Source: an uncultured Chloroflexia bacterium (GTDB lineage Bacteria; Chloroflexota; Anaerolineae; JAAYZQ01). From it: a stretch of 64,000 nt of DNA. The notes under the pieces are model-generated. The model saw only the letters and a list, made by a program, of their open reading frames with translations. It ran no database searches and was not told where the DNA came from. Positions 10,001-20,058 of the stretch are shown here, one piece after another. Numbering within the stretch: the first letter of the stretch is position 1; every line of letters begins with the position of its first letter. Location of the stretch: assembly GCA_963700285.1 (NCBI GenBank), contig CAVOXA010000001.1, positions 480,001-544,000 of the forward strand, written 5' to 3'. The position numbers were made by a program, and so were the translations under genes.

Positions 10001-12379
10001 ATGAGGCCAAATATCCAGTATGTGCTTACGCTGATCTTGTTGGGGGCTCTACTCGTAGGATGTAGCTCCGGCGAAGCAGTTCCCACGGAAGTTGTGCAGT
10101 CGATCGCCACTGAAAGCCCAACCAGTAGTCCACAGCCGACGGACGAGCCACCGGCTTCAACCCCGACCGATGAGCCGCTGCCACCAACCGCCACCGACGA
10201 ACCAGCGCCTCCAACGCCCACGGATGAGCCTGTGCCTCCAACCCCGACAGAGTTGGCGCCAGAACCCGGTGGAGAGGTGGGTTCCTCGAATCTGGCAGCG
10301 GCTGAGAATGGTGGGCGCGTGGTTTCAGTGACGGACGAGTTGGCGTGTTGCCCGGCAAGCAGACTGCTCGACGGCTATCGACTAGATGGCGGGGAATGGT
10401 GGACCGGCGAGCCGCCCACCTTCCCCCAGGTGATCGTCTTTGACCTGGCTGGCGACGAGGCCAAGACCATTGATCGCGTAGTCTTGAATCCCTGGACGTC
10501 AGAGTGGCGCTATGCCTGGGTCAAGGATTTTGAACTCTATGTCTCCGATTCCGATCCCGATCTGGAGGGTATGGGCTGGGTTGGCTCGTTCAGGCTGGAT
10601 CACTATGGCATCGATCAGGTTTTCGAATTCGAGCCGGTAGATGCCCAGTATATAGCCTTGGTTGTAACCTCTCATTGGGGTGGTGATGAAGGCATTACCC
10701 TCAATGAATTCGAGGTCTATGAAGCTGCACCTGACGCCGTTGCTGTGGAGCCCTTTCGCCCCAGCGGAACAGGCAACCTGGTTGCTGCCGATCATGGGGG
10801 CAGCATTGTCGACTATTCCAGCGAGGATAGCTCGGGTGCGTGGCCCATTGATCACCTCATCGACGGCGAGAAGGATACGGAAACCGGCTGGAGTTCCTCT
10901 GAAGATCTGGACGAGCTACAATACATAGTTTTCTCCTTCCCAGACCAGGATGCCTACGTGGTGAACCAGGTTGTGCTGAATCCCTATTCGGAGGACTATG
11001 CGGAGGACTGGATCCAGGAATTCGAACTCTGGGGCTCCGATACAACGCCCGACCTGGACGAGATGATCCATTTGGGCAGCTTTGGGCTGGCGCAGGTGGG
11101 CGAGGATCAGGCTTTCACCTTTGATCCAGTGTTGCTGCGCTATATCACCCTGGTGCCCAGGTCCAACTATGGTGGGACAGAGTACGCCCTTAACGAGTTC
11201 GAGGTCTATGAGGTCGGGTCCATGGTGGCTGCGAACGGCGGCGTCGAGCACAAAAAAGTCGCCGTACCTGAGGATGTAGAGCTTGGCGATGATCCTCTGG
11301 AACGCCCGCCGACAACACCGCCAGATACCACCTTTGTCCCGACCGAGTTCTCACACCCGGTGGCCAGCAGCGGAGAATCCCCTCTGGACAACGTCGGCTA
11401 CGAGATCAGCCACTCCGACCTGGTCCCGGCAATCTATCATCTGTACGGCCCTTATTTCGATGACTTGGTAGTGGCTGCCGTCACCAACCACAACCCCGAA
11501 CCAGTCAAGCTCCGCATCGAAGCCTCGGTCGCCAACTATACCGACGTCGCGGTAGATACCATCACCCTCGAGCCCGGAGAGACGTTCGAGGTCAGGCAGA
11601 ATCCCCCCCTGCTTCCGGATGCTCTGGACGCGCTGCACGGCATGAAGAATGCCAGCCTGCACCTTCAGCTCGACTATCTGAAAGAGGGTGAGAAGCGGCT
11701 CATCTACGAGGGGACCGAGCCAATCACCATCTATTCCCGCGATGACTTTCCCTGGGGAATACCCGGCTACTATAGTGGCGCCATGTTTCTGGCGACGATG
11801 GTGACGCCCAACGATCCAGCCCTTGACGAACTATTGCGTGTGGCGGCGGACTATGCACCTGGCGGCCAGATGGTCTGGGGCTACAGCGACGCTGAGGACA
11901 GCGATAGCCGGGCGTGGAACACGATGAAAGCGATCTATGATGCTGTGTCCGATCATTATGATGTTACTTATGTTGCTACTGGGCTGCCCTTTGTTCCCCG
12001 CGACGAGATGGAGGAGGGATTCTGGCTTCAGCGGCTCAAGTTGCCCTACGAAGTACTGGACTCCCATAGCGGCATGTGCGCTGAGCTGTCCCTACTGTTT
12101 GCCTCCGCCTTCGAAAAGATGTATCTGCGACCGATTCTCATCAGTGTTCCAGGCCACATGTACGTAGGCGTTCCGCTCTCTGAGGAAAGCAGTTCCTATT
12201 ATTTCCTCGAAACGACCATGGTCGGGCAGAAAACCTTTGAGGATGCCGTCCAATATGCCAACCAGTCGTTCATGGAAGACGCTGCACCGTACATTGAACG
12301 GGACCGGCAGGACGTGTACTACTGGCTCGATGTCTGGGAGGCCCGCGAGGAAGGGATATGGCCTCTTCCCTGGCGATAG
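10001..12379 (+). CDS. Lipoprotein: Pro/Thr stalk, two F5/8-type C (discoidin-like) domains, C-terminal transglutaminase-like domain
   Basis: Lipobox LVGC; PTDEP repeats; duplicated NL(A/V)AA..GG...L(L/I)DG...W...LNEFEVYE units; GMCAELSLL / PGHMY / FLETT triad. Confidence 0.7.
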   Translation: MRPNIQYVLTLILLGALLVGCSSGEAVPTEVVQSIATESPTSSPQPTDEPPASTPTDEPLPPTATDEPAPPTPTDEPVPPTPTELAPEPGGEVGSSNLAAAENGGRVVSVTDELACCPASRLLDGYRLDGGEWWTGEPPTFPQVIVFDLAGDEAKTIDRVVLNPWTSEWRYAWVKDFELYVSDSDPDLEGMGWVGSFRLDHYGIDQVFEFEPVDAQYIALVVTSHWGGDEGITLNEFEVYEAAPDAVAVEPFRPSGTGNLVAADHGGSIVDYSSEDSSGAWPIDHLIDGEKDTETGWSSSEDLDELQYIVFSFPDQDAYVVNQVVLNPYSEDYAEDWIQEFELWGSDTTPDLDEMIHLGSFGLAQVGEDQAFTFDPVLLRYITLVPRSNYGGTEYALNEFEVYEVGSMVAANGGVEHKKVAVPEDVELGDDPLERPPTTPPDTTFVPTEFSHPVASSGESPLDNVGYEISHSDLVPAIYHLYGPYFDDLVVAAVTNHNPEPVKLRIEASVANYTDVAVDTITLEPGETFEVRQNPPLLPDALDALHGMKNASLHLQLDYLKEGEKRLIYEGTEPITIYSRDDFPWGIPGYYSGAMFLATMVTPNDPALDELLRVAADYAPGGQMVWGYSDAEDSDSRAWNTMKAIYDAVSDHYDVTYVATGLPFVPRDEMEEGFWLQRLKLPYEVLDSHSGMCAELSLLFASAFEKMYLRPILISVPGHMYVGVPLSEESSSYYFLETTMVGQKTFEDAVQYANQSFMEDAAPYIERDRQDVYYWLDVWEAREEGIWPLPWR

Positions 12380-12397
12380 GAAGCTTGTTGGATGATT

Positions 12398-12421
12398 GGG
12401 CAGGTTGCCAACCTGCCCTAC
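12398..12421. repeat. REP-like palindrome (GTAG-type on the minus strand)
   Basis: gggcaggtt-gcc-aacctgccc followed by tac; the minus strand reads GTAGGGCAGGTTGGCAACCTGCCC; lies just after a stop codon. Confidence 0.6.
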
Positions 12422-12484
12422 AGGATCAGAATCGCTGTGAAGTGAAGTACAGAGCTACGGCCGTGAAACGGACTGAAAGTTAGC

Positions 12485-14146
12485 ATGCGCACATCTGCTG
12501 GCCAGCTTGGAGCACGTCTCCAATCCGCGATGCAGGCCCACAGGGATTTCTGCTTGATCCTTGTGCTGGCTGTATCCTTCCGGGCCATGGCCCTCCTGGT
12601 ATTCCGGCCTGGCGGCTATCTGGGCGAGATGTCTGACTTTGGCTACTATCGCCTACTCCTCAGTTTCACGAATCAGGGTTTTTATCCCCTGGTAGACTTT
12701 TGGGTCGAGTACCCGCCCATCTTTCCCTGGATCCTGGTGGGCCTCTACCGCCTGAGTCTGTTGGTACCAGCCTTGCCCGAGCCAGGGGCCTGGTTCTATC
12801 TCTTGCTCAGCGCCTTTCTGCTGGTCGTCGAGGCTGGCAACCTGGTTCTGTTCTACAACATCAGCCGGCGTCTGTACGGACAAGAGCGAGCCATTCGCTT
12901 GTCCTGGATCTACACCGCACTTCTGGTCCCGGTATTGACGCTGTTCGTCGGCTTTGACGGCCTGTCCCTTCTCTTTCTGCTCTGGGCAGTGTTGCTGACG
13001 CTGGACCAGCGCCCGGTGGGCAGCGCGATCGCGGCAGGCCTGGGTTTCATGACCAAGCTGGTGCCCATCGCGGCTGCTCCTGCTGCCCTGCAGCACATGA
13101 AGCAGAGGTCTCAGCGTCTCAAATACCTGGTTGCTGTCTCGCTGACCGTGCTGGTGATTGCTGTCCCCTTTCTGATCGCCGGCCCGGACTATTTGATCCA
13201 GTCGCTCAAGAGCCCCGTCGTGCGCTCTACCTGGGAGACGGTCTGGGCTCTGATAGACGGCTATTATTCCTTTGGCGTGGCCGGAGGCGTTGACCGCTTT
13301 GATCCGGCCATGGCTGGCGCTGCCCAGCATCCAACGCGCCTGCCCTGGACGCTCATTACCATCGGTTTTCTTCTCTTCTACCTTTTTCTCTACACCCGGC
13401 GCGTGGACTGGACGGATCGCCGCCGGACCGTGGCTTTCACGGCATTGACCCTGAACCTGCTAACCCTCTATTTCAAGGGTTACAGCCCCCAGTTTCTGAT
13501 CATGCTGCTGCCCTTCTTGATCCTGCTCATCCCGGGCTGGCGGGGCATTGCCTACGCGCTACTGCTCAGCTTTATCAACCTGGTCGAGTATCCGCTTTAC
13601 TTTTTGGTCCTGCCGGATGAGCGCTGGTTGCTGGCTGGCACTGTCTTGTTGCGTACCTTGATCCTGATTGTGGTCACGATCGAGTATGCTGCCCAAGTGT
13701 ATGGCTGGCGGATCGACCGTCGTTGGTGGCGGAGGGTGGCTGTTGTAGTGGTAGCCATCGTGGCTGTAGTGGGTGTGATTGGTGCAATCGCCGGTTCTCA
13801 GGCCTACGGGGAATCGCGTTACGCTGCCAGCTCGCATCGACCGGCCATGGACGTCTTGAGCGAGCCGGCCATGGCCGGGGTCACACTGGTCACGGACGAT
13901 CTGCATGCCTACGAGAGTCTCTACCCCCACCTTCGGAGCCAGCTAAGCCTTCACTTGATCGAGACCTACGACTATTTGCCTCCGTGGGAATTCCGGCTGG
14001 AAACCATTGCGACCGGGTCGCCAGGCGAGGTATGGATCTATGCCCCAGCGGAATCCCCCTTGTACGAATGGATGTCTGAGCGCTATCCACCCCTCGCTAC
14101 CCACCAGCTCGACGATTGGGAGCTGTCTGGGTGGGATGCGCGATGA
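12485..14146 (+). CDS. GT87/DUF2029-like GT-C membrane glycosyltransferase
   Basis: DFWVEYPPIFPW, GFMTKLVP and YSPQF motifs; about 11-12 TM helices. Confidence 0.72.
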   Translation: MRTSAGQLGARLQSAMQAHRDFCLILVLAVSFRAMALLVFRPGGYLGEMSDFGYYRLLLSFTNQGFYPLVDFWVEYPPIFPWILVGLYRLSLLVPALPEPGAWFYLLLSAFLLVVEAGNLVLFYNISRRLYGQERAIRLSWIYTALLVPVLTLFVGFDGLSLLFLLWAVLLTLDQRPVGSAIAAGLGFMTKLVPIAAAPAALQHMKQRSQRLKYLVAVSLTVLVIAVPFLIAGPDYLIQSLKSPVVRSTWETVWALIDGYYSFGVAGGVDRFDPAMAGAAQHPTRLPWTLITIGFLLFYLFLYTRRVDWTDRRRTVAFTALTLNLLTLYFKGYSPQFLIMLLPFLILLIPGWRGIAYALLLSFINLVEYPLYFLVLPDERWLLAGTVLLRTLILIVVTIEYAAQVYGWRIDRRWWRRVAVVVVAIVAVVGVIGAIAGSQAYGESRYAASSHRPAMDVLSEPAMAGVTLVTDDLHAYESLYPHLRSQLSLHLIETYDYLPPWEFRLETIATGSPGEVWIYAPAESPLYEWMSERYPPLATHQLDDWELSGWDAR

Positions 14147-16365
14147 ATGGTCCGATCGCCCCAGACGCGAAAACTGACCGGCGCGATGGAGCGCTGGCAG
14201 TGGCTCTGTTTGCCCTGCTCTTTAGCGTCTATTTGCTGACCTTCAGTGGCGTTTTTCACGCCAGCGACGAGATGTCGATGCTGGCCGTGACCGACAGCCT
14301 GGCCCGCCGGGGCGCCTGGGACATCGAGCTGCTGCGCTGGATGGGCGAGCAGCAGGGCTCGTTTGGGCCGGATGGGCATCTCTACGGGAGAAAAGGGATT
14401 GGCACGACGCTGGCAGCCCTGCCTCACTACTGGCTGGCCCTGCGGATCGAGGGTTGGGGCAACGTCCAGACGGCGATGCTGACCAATGGCGCAATCACGG
14501 CCCTGACGGGTGTACTGGTCTACCTCCTTCTGCGCAGGCTGCGCTACGGTGACGGCGTGGCTCTGGGTACGGCTCTGGTTTATGGCCTAGCCACCATGGC
14601 CTGGCCCTATGCCCGCTTCCTCTTTAGCGAGTCGCTGGCTGGTCTGGCTCTTATGGCTAGCTTTTTCTTTCTCGTTTGCTTTGGGAACCCCCCTGCCCGC
14701 TCCGCCCGCGAGCGGGGCCGGGACTGGCTCTACGCCTTGCTGGCTGGTACGGGTCTGGGCCTTGCCCTTTTGGCCCGCTTGAACAATGCCCTCGCCGGCC
14801 CGCTTCTGGGTGGACTCTTGCTCTTTTACCTGTACCGCCGCCATGGGAAGAACTGGCGGGCCTGGCTGGGGCCGCTCCTTCTCTTTGGACTGCCAGCGCT
14901 CATGGCCCTGGGCATAACTGCCTGGTACAATTGGCTGCGTTTTGGCAACGCGTTGACGACCGGCTATCTGCCCGAAGAGCGCTTTGCCATGCCTTTTCTG
15001 CAGGGGTTCTACGGGCTGATCCTGAGCCCCGGCAAGGGTCTCTTTTGGTACAACCCGATCCTCTTTGCCTCCCTGGTCGCCTGGCCCGCCTTTTTTCGGC
15101 GTCATCGCGCCGAAGCATTGATGATTGCTTCCATGGTCTTGGTTGGTGTGGCCTTCTATGCTTCGTGGTTCTTGTGGTGGGCAGGCCATGGTTGGGGCCC
15201 GCGTTTCCTGGTAACGATCCTGCCCTTTGCCGTCCTACCTCTGGCACCGGCCCTGGAGGCCGCGTCCCGCCGCCGCGCCCTGGCTCTCGTGGTGGGCGTC
15301 CTGGTGCTGGTGAGTGTTGCGGTGCAACTATTGGCTGTGACCGTCGACTTTAACCTCTACCTGGAAGATATCTACGCTGAACTGGGGCTGTATCACCCGG
15401 CCACCCTCTTTGACCCGGCCTACAGCCCCCTGTTGAGGCAGCTCGCCTACTTGAACCCGGGCAATCTGGATCTAGCCTGGCTACGGGACGGCGCGGTCAA
15501 CTGGGCGGCGCTGCTCATCGGGCTTGGGCTCGTCGTGGCCTCGGGCCTGGGACTGTGGCTTGCCTGGCGCCGGCGGCTGGCCGCTTGGCACGGTGCAGTT
15601 CTGCTGCTGTTGCTTCTGTTTGGCATCGTCCTCTCTTTGTTCAGCTACGCGCCCGAGGGTCGGGTTGCCGTGGCTGCCAGAGACCTGGTCGCCATGGAGA
15701 AGCCAGGCGAGGCGGCAGCCCTGACCGAACCGCTGCTTACAGAACCGTTCCAGGACGCCTACGACGGGCGCCTGTGGGTGTGGGGTGTGCCGTCCAGGGA
15801 GGGAATCGGTGTAGAAAACGAGGGGCTGTGGGCCGCTGGTGCCGGAGATCCGGATGCCGCGGCGGCGCGCTTCCAGACCGGCGCGGTACGTCTCGACCTG
15901 TTCCCGGCGTCCGGCGGGGCCTTTGACGCGGCACGTCTGCCGGTCCAACCTCTGGAAGCGTCCCTGAACCTGGGCGATGTGGTGGCGCTGGTTGCCTTCC
16001 GCCTAGATGATATAGTTGTCCGTCGCGCTGAGATGCTGCCAGTGACGGTCTACTGGCGCGCCCTGGTCCCCATGCCGGTCTCCTATACTGTCTCCGTGCA
16101 GCTCATCGACGAGGGCGGCGTCAAGGCCGGCCAGGTCGACCGCCTGCCCTGCGATGGCGGCTGTCCCACGACTTCCTGGCGGGTGGGCGACGTTGTCGGT
16201 GAGTACTATGAGCTTTCCATCGACCCAGGCGTGCCGCCGGGCCGCTACCAGCTTACTGTCGGCATGTACGATCTGGCTACAGGCGAAGGCCTGCCTCACC
16301 TGGATGCCCAGGGTCAGGTCGTAGCTGACCTGCTCCTGCTGGGTACCATCGACGTCGAACCGTAG
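14143..16365 (+). CDS. GT-C-fold (PMT/GT39-like) membrane protein with extracellular C-terminal module
   Basis: SDE loop motif, YARFLFSE, SPGKGLFWY, WGPRFL; C-terminal WRVGDVV...PPGRYQLTVGMYD; ATGA overlap with the upstream gene. Confidence 0.72.
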   Translation: MNGPIAPDAKTDRRDGALAVALFALLFSVYLLTFSGVFHASDEMSMLAVTDSLARRGAWDIELLRWMGEQQGSFGPDGHLYGRKGIGTTLAALPHYWLALRIEGWGNVQTAMLTNGAITALTGVLVYLLLRRLRYGDGVALGTALVYGLATMAWPYARFLFSESLAGLALMASFFFLVCFGNPPARSARERGRDWLYALLAGTGLGLALLARLNNALAGPLLGGLLLFYLYRRHGKNWRAWLGPLLLFGLPALMALGITAWYNWLRFGNALTTGYLPEERFAMPFLQGFYGLILSPGKGLFWYNPILFASLVAWPAFFRRHRAEALMIASMVLVGVAFYASWFLWWAGHGWGPRFLVTILPFAVLPLAPALEAASRRRALALVVGVLVLVSVAVQLLAVTVDFNLYLEDIYAELGLYHPATLFDPAYSPLLRQLAYLNPGNLDLAWLRDGAVNWAALLIGLGLVVASGLGLWLAWRRRLAAWHGAVLLLLLLFGIVLSLFSYAPEGRVAVAARDLVAMEKPGEAAALTEPLLTEPFQDAYDGRLWVWGVPSREGIGVENEGLWAAGAGDPDAAAARFQTGAVRLDLFPASGGAFDAARLPVQPLEASLNLGDVVALVAFRLDDIVVRRAEMLPVTVYWRALVPMPVSYTVSVQLIDEGGVKAGQVDRLPCDGGCPTTSWRVGDVVGEYYELSIDPGVPPGRYQLTVGMYDLATGEGLPHLDAQGQVVADLLLLGTIDVEP

Positions 16366-16723
16366 GCACTGTCCCCTCGCAGTGACCGTTTTGAGCGCTG
16401 AGAGTGTTTTACTCAGGGGGACTGCGTGGTCGACCGGCCTGAACGTTTCCAGGTAGATCTGATCTAGGGGCACATTGTGGTGCGACAGATCCTCCCATGG
16501 AATAACCGTGGGTACCTGAATGTGTAGCTTCGTACCTTTTCCGGTGGCCGGCGACGCCGTCGCGGTGATCACGGGAATCTCCACATTGTCAACAGTATCT
16601 ACCAGTGCCTGCGCATCCTATCCTTTCAGCCTGTGCTAGGGTCCTCGCTCACCACTCTGATACGATAGGAAAGCCGGTTCTTGGTCGATGGGTCATTCTC
16701 AACCCAATCGAAGACTCCTCTGT

Positions 16724-16752
16724 TTGACAGGATACCCATCCTCCTGTATACT
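16724..16752 (+). promoter_or_regulatory. Sigma70-type promoter
   Basis: TTGACA-N17-TATACT. Confidence 0.6.
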
Positions 16753-16872
16753 GGACGTGTATCTACCTAGGTTGGCGTGCATGGGGCACTCCAAGGGTCC
16801 GATGTGTGATGCGGTGTCAACACGAGGGCTCATCGTCGAGGACCAATCCCCCGGGAATACCTTTGTCCGATT

Positions 16873-16924
16873 GACGGCAGTCGTCCGGAGCGTGTGTGCG
16901 TCCGGTGGCTGCCGTTTGTGTTTT
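16873..16924 (+). terminator. Long imperfect hairpin with U-rich tail, possible attenuator/terminator in a leader
   Basis: gacggcagtc..ccgga pairs with tccgg..ggctgccgtt, followed by tgtgtttt. Confidence 0.4.
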
Positions 16925-17250
16925 GGGGCTGGGGAATAGCGCTGGGCGCAGCGTGTCCACGGGCCTGGCACGTGGATCCCGCCCAGGCCCCCAGCGGGGC
17001 CGAACAGGGCAACCTGTCTGAGCCATTCTCGACGTTGGTGGGTGGCTATAGCTAGTGGTTCCTGAGCCTACCGGTGGAGGAGTGTGGCGGCCTAAAGCTC
17101 AAGCTACAGGTCATTGGCCGCAGAGGTAGAGTAGTAGAGTCAATGGTACCAGCCTCTGAGTTACAGCCAGCGCTGGCGGTCCAGATCACGGAGGGTAGTG
17201 CCTGCGGCGTCTATCTGCCTCTAGCCATCCGATAGGAAGGGGTTGTATTC

Positions 17251-19961
17251 ATGCCTTTGCATCACAAATCGCGTCAGAATACTGCGCTCCATCTGTCAGT
17301 TCCGGCAGGTGCAGCGCTGATGCTGATGGTGACTGCGGCCGTACTCTTGAATCTGGTCCTCGGCCAGCCAATTAAGGCGCAAGCCCAGCAGTTGGACCCA
17401 GGAGAATACGAAGACCGAAAAGCGCAACTGGCTGCGCGGGCGGCACAGCCCTTCAAAGATGATGGTATGCGCCAAGAGTGATGACGGGCACAAAGTTGGT
17501 GATGGACCAGCCCCAGAACGTGCCCAAGTACTTTTCCAAGTTTCCCGAACCTGGATATGAGAAACGTACGGACCTGATCCTGACGCTTGATGATAGCAGC
17601 TCCAAGTCCCTTACTGTGCAAAGGGCGCAAACGGCCGTGAACCTCGCAGACGCAAACCCTGAAGCCAATGAGACGGTGAACGTTTTCTACGCTGCCGAGA
17701 TGGTGACGGGGACGCTCTATGAGTTTGGCTATACCCTGGAGCCGGCGGAACAGGACTTTGAGCAGATCCACTCAGGGAGGCGACAGGGTGTCGTGTTTGT
17801 CTCGCAGCGTTCCGGATCCGGGGCTCGACTGTACTTTCTGCCGCTGAATGACGACCTGCTACCAGCGGGGTCTCCAGATCCGTTGACCGACGGCGTGATC
17901 ACCGATCCCCGCCGGCCTGCGGCGTCCGCTGATGGCCGGTTCATCATATTCGATGCCGATTACTACAAGCCCTACCATGTGTCTAACGAGACAAAACAGC
18001 GAATCCACACGCTTGACCTTTCCAGTGCTGCTGTGCGCCGGTTGACCTCGGATCCCTTTGGCGCGAGCAGCGATTGGGGCGCTAGCCTCGACCACGACGG
18101 GGCACGGTTTGTAATGATCTCCAATCGCGACGGCTCGCCGCGCATGGTTATCGCATCGGTGGCGAGTGGCCAGGGCGGTGGTTTTGGAAACGAAGTAGGC
18201 CAGGCATCCAGCGCGGACTGGAGCCATGTACGCAACGAAATTGCGTTCGCCGATGCCAGCCGACTCAAGATCCTTGACGTCGACACAGAGGAAGTTGCCG
18301 ATCTCCTCTATGCGAGTGGGGCAGATAGTCCCCGATTCTCTCCCAGTGGTGACCAGATCGCCTTCTCTGTTGGGACAGGTCTGCAAGTTGTGAACCGCGA
18401 CGGAACCGGCAGCCGGCCCGTGGCTGGTGGTTGTTTCTATCCCACTTGGGCGGGTGAATCCCATCTGATTGCCCAGTGCAGCGTGAGTGGCAACATCGAC
18501 CTGTATCTCATCGAGGTCGGTGGGGGATCGAAGACTCGTCTGACCACCGATCCCGCAGAGGACAGGGAACCAACCTTCGTTCTAGCAACTGGGCCGACGC
18601 CTTCCCACAAGATTGCGATTTCGCCCTCCTTGAAGTTGCTCTCTTGGCCGCTGGAACCTCTGCCAGACGCCGAGACGGCGTTGGATGAAATCGAAAGCCA
18701 GGGCGGTAACGCGCCCGAGGTGTATTGTTGGCTGAGCAAAGCCGATATCTGGGACGGGTATGCAAAAGGTTTGCCCTTCCACAACTTTTCCCTGGAGTTA
18801 GGCCAGGGCTACTTTGTTCGGGCCCAAGAATCCAGTACCTGGGCACGTCCCGGCTGGCCCCCAGAGACTCCAGTGCCGGTGGACCTCAACCCCATCTGGA
18901 CGCTGATCGGTCTGCCAAGGTTGCCAGAGCCGATGACGGCTGGAGATCTTGTTACCGATGCCAACGGTCAGGGTGGGGCTTGCACCGAGGTCGCTCGTTG
19001 GGAGACATCCGTCTCAGACTATCAGATTTTCTGCCCTGCCTGGCAGCGACTTTTATCTTACGAATGATGAAGGCTACTTTGTCAAGTGCGCGAACGCCAT
19101 CACCTATCGGCCTGGAGAGGGTAGGGTGCAGCAGAATCTGTCAGCAAAGCCGATTCCTGTCGAGCCGGCGACCCTGGCGTCAGTGGCGGACCCGTTGATC
19201 TCTGATGTGTTGATCACTAATCGCCGCGACGTAGCGTTCACGGTCACCTGGCGGACGGACCGGGCTAGTACGGGCTGGGTAGAGTATGCGAAAGACCTGA
19301 CAGGTTCTGAAAACCTGTCAGGTCTGGCGGCTCACGATGACCTGGGCCAGGGGACCGTCTCGCAGGTCCACCACGTCACCCTCACTGGTCTCACCCCCGA
19401 GACGACTTACTACTTCCGCGTGCACTCGGGCGAGACGGTGGACGACAGTGAGGGGCGCTCTATCAGGTTACGACCAAGGAGACTGAGGTGCCGCCAGTGC
19501 CAAACCTGGCCTACGGCCAGGTCCTAATCCCGGACGGGAAACCGGCTGTGGGCGCGTTGGTTCGAGCCTGGCTGGTAGACGAGGGCGGCAACGAGTCGGA
19601 GCCCTTGTCGGCTGTAGTGGACGGCTACGGCTATTGGTCCCTCAACCTGCCTGTGCAGGATTGTGAGGGAGTTCAGCTCAAACTGGAGGCCATCGGCCAG
19701 CGGGGCGCCGCAGCGGAGCAGGTCCTGCCAGCGTGTGAGGTACGGCCAGCGGTGACAATCAAGCTGCCCGCCGAGAGCCCCGTCGAGGACACCACCTTGG
19801 AGAATGTACCTGCCCATCATCCTGCGGCAGTCTCGATAGGGAAGCAGCCGCTGAGTAGCATGCAAAGAGTGGCCCGGGTGGCGGGCATCTGTTGCTGGTG
19901 GCCGGGGAAACAGGCGAGCTGCCTTTGGGCCGTGATCATGACACCTTACTGTGCTGCTTGA
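17251..19961 (+). CDS. Secreted multidomain protein (signal peptide, TolB/PD40-like beta-propeller, duplicated GxGYFV module, FN3-like domain) in four pieces; frameshifts ~17478, ~19035, ~19458
   Basis: Signal peptide ending AQA; SPRFSPSGDQIAF and DREPTF propeller repeats; LGQGYFV and DEGYFV repeats; HHVTLTGLTPETTYYFRV FN3 signature; the fragments are collinear. Confidence 0.6.
19293..19325. repeat. 14-bp perfect inverted repeat in frame within the CDS
   Basis: agacctgacaggtt-ctgaa-aacctgtcaggtct; translates as (K)DLTGSENLSG(L). Confidence 0.75.
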
Positions 19962-20058
19962 CTGCCGGCTGGGCAATCTCCCAGACCGGTGCGCTCACTC
20001 CCGCGGGTCACGGACCTGCTTGGAGCTGCGGACAGGTCAAGGAGGATGATGCGGACGG

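Noticed and set aside
17002-17121. c-di-GMP-I riboswitch suggested by agggcaa... and ggcctaaa
   Set aside because: The GAAA tetraloop stem and GACGCAAAGC core are absent; the similarity is fragmentary.
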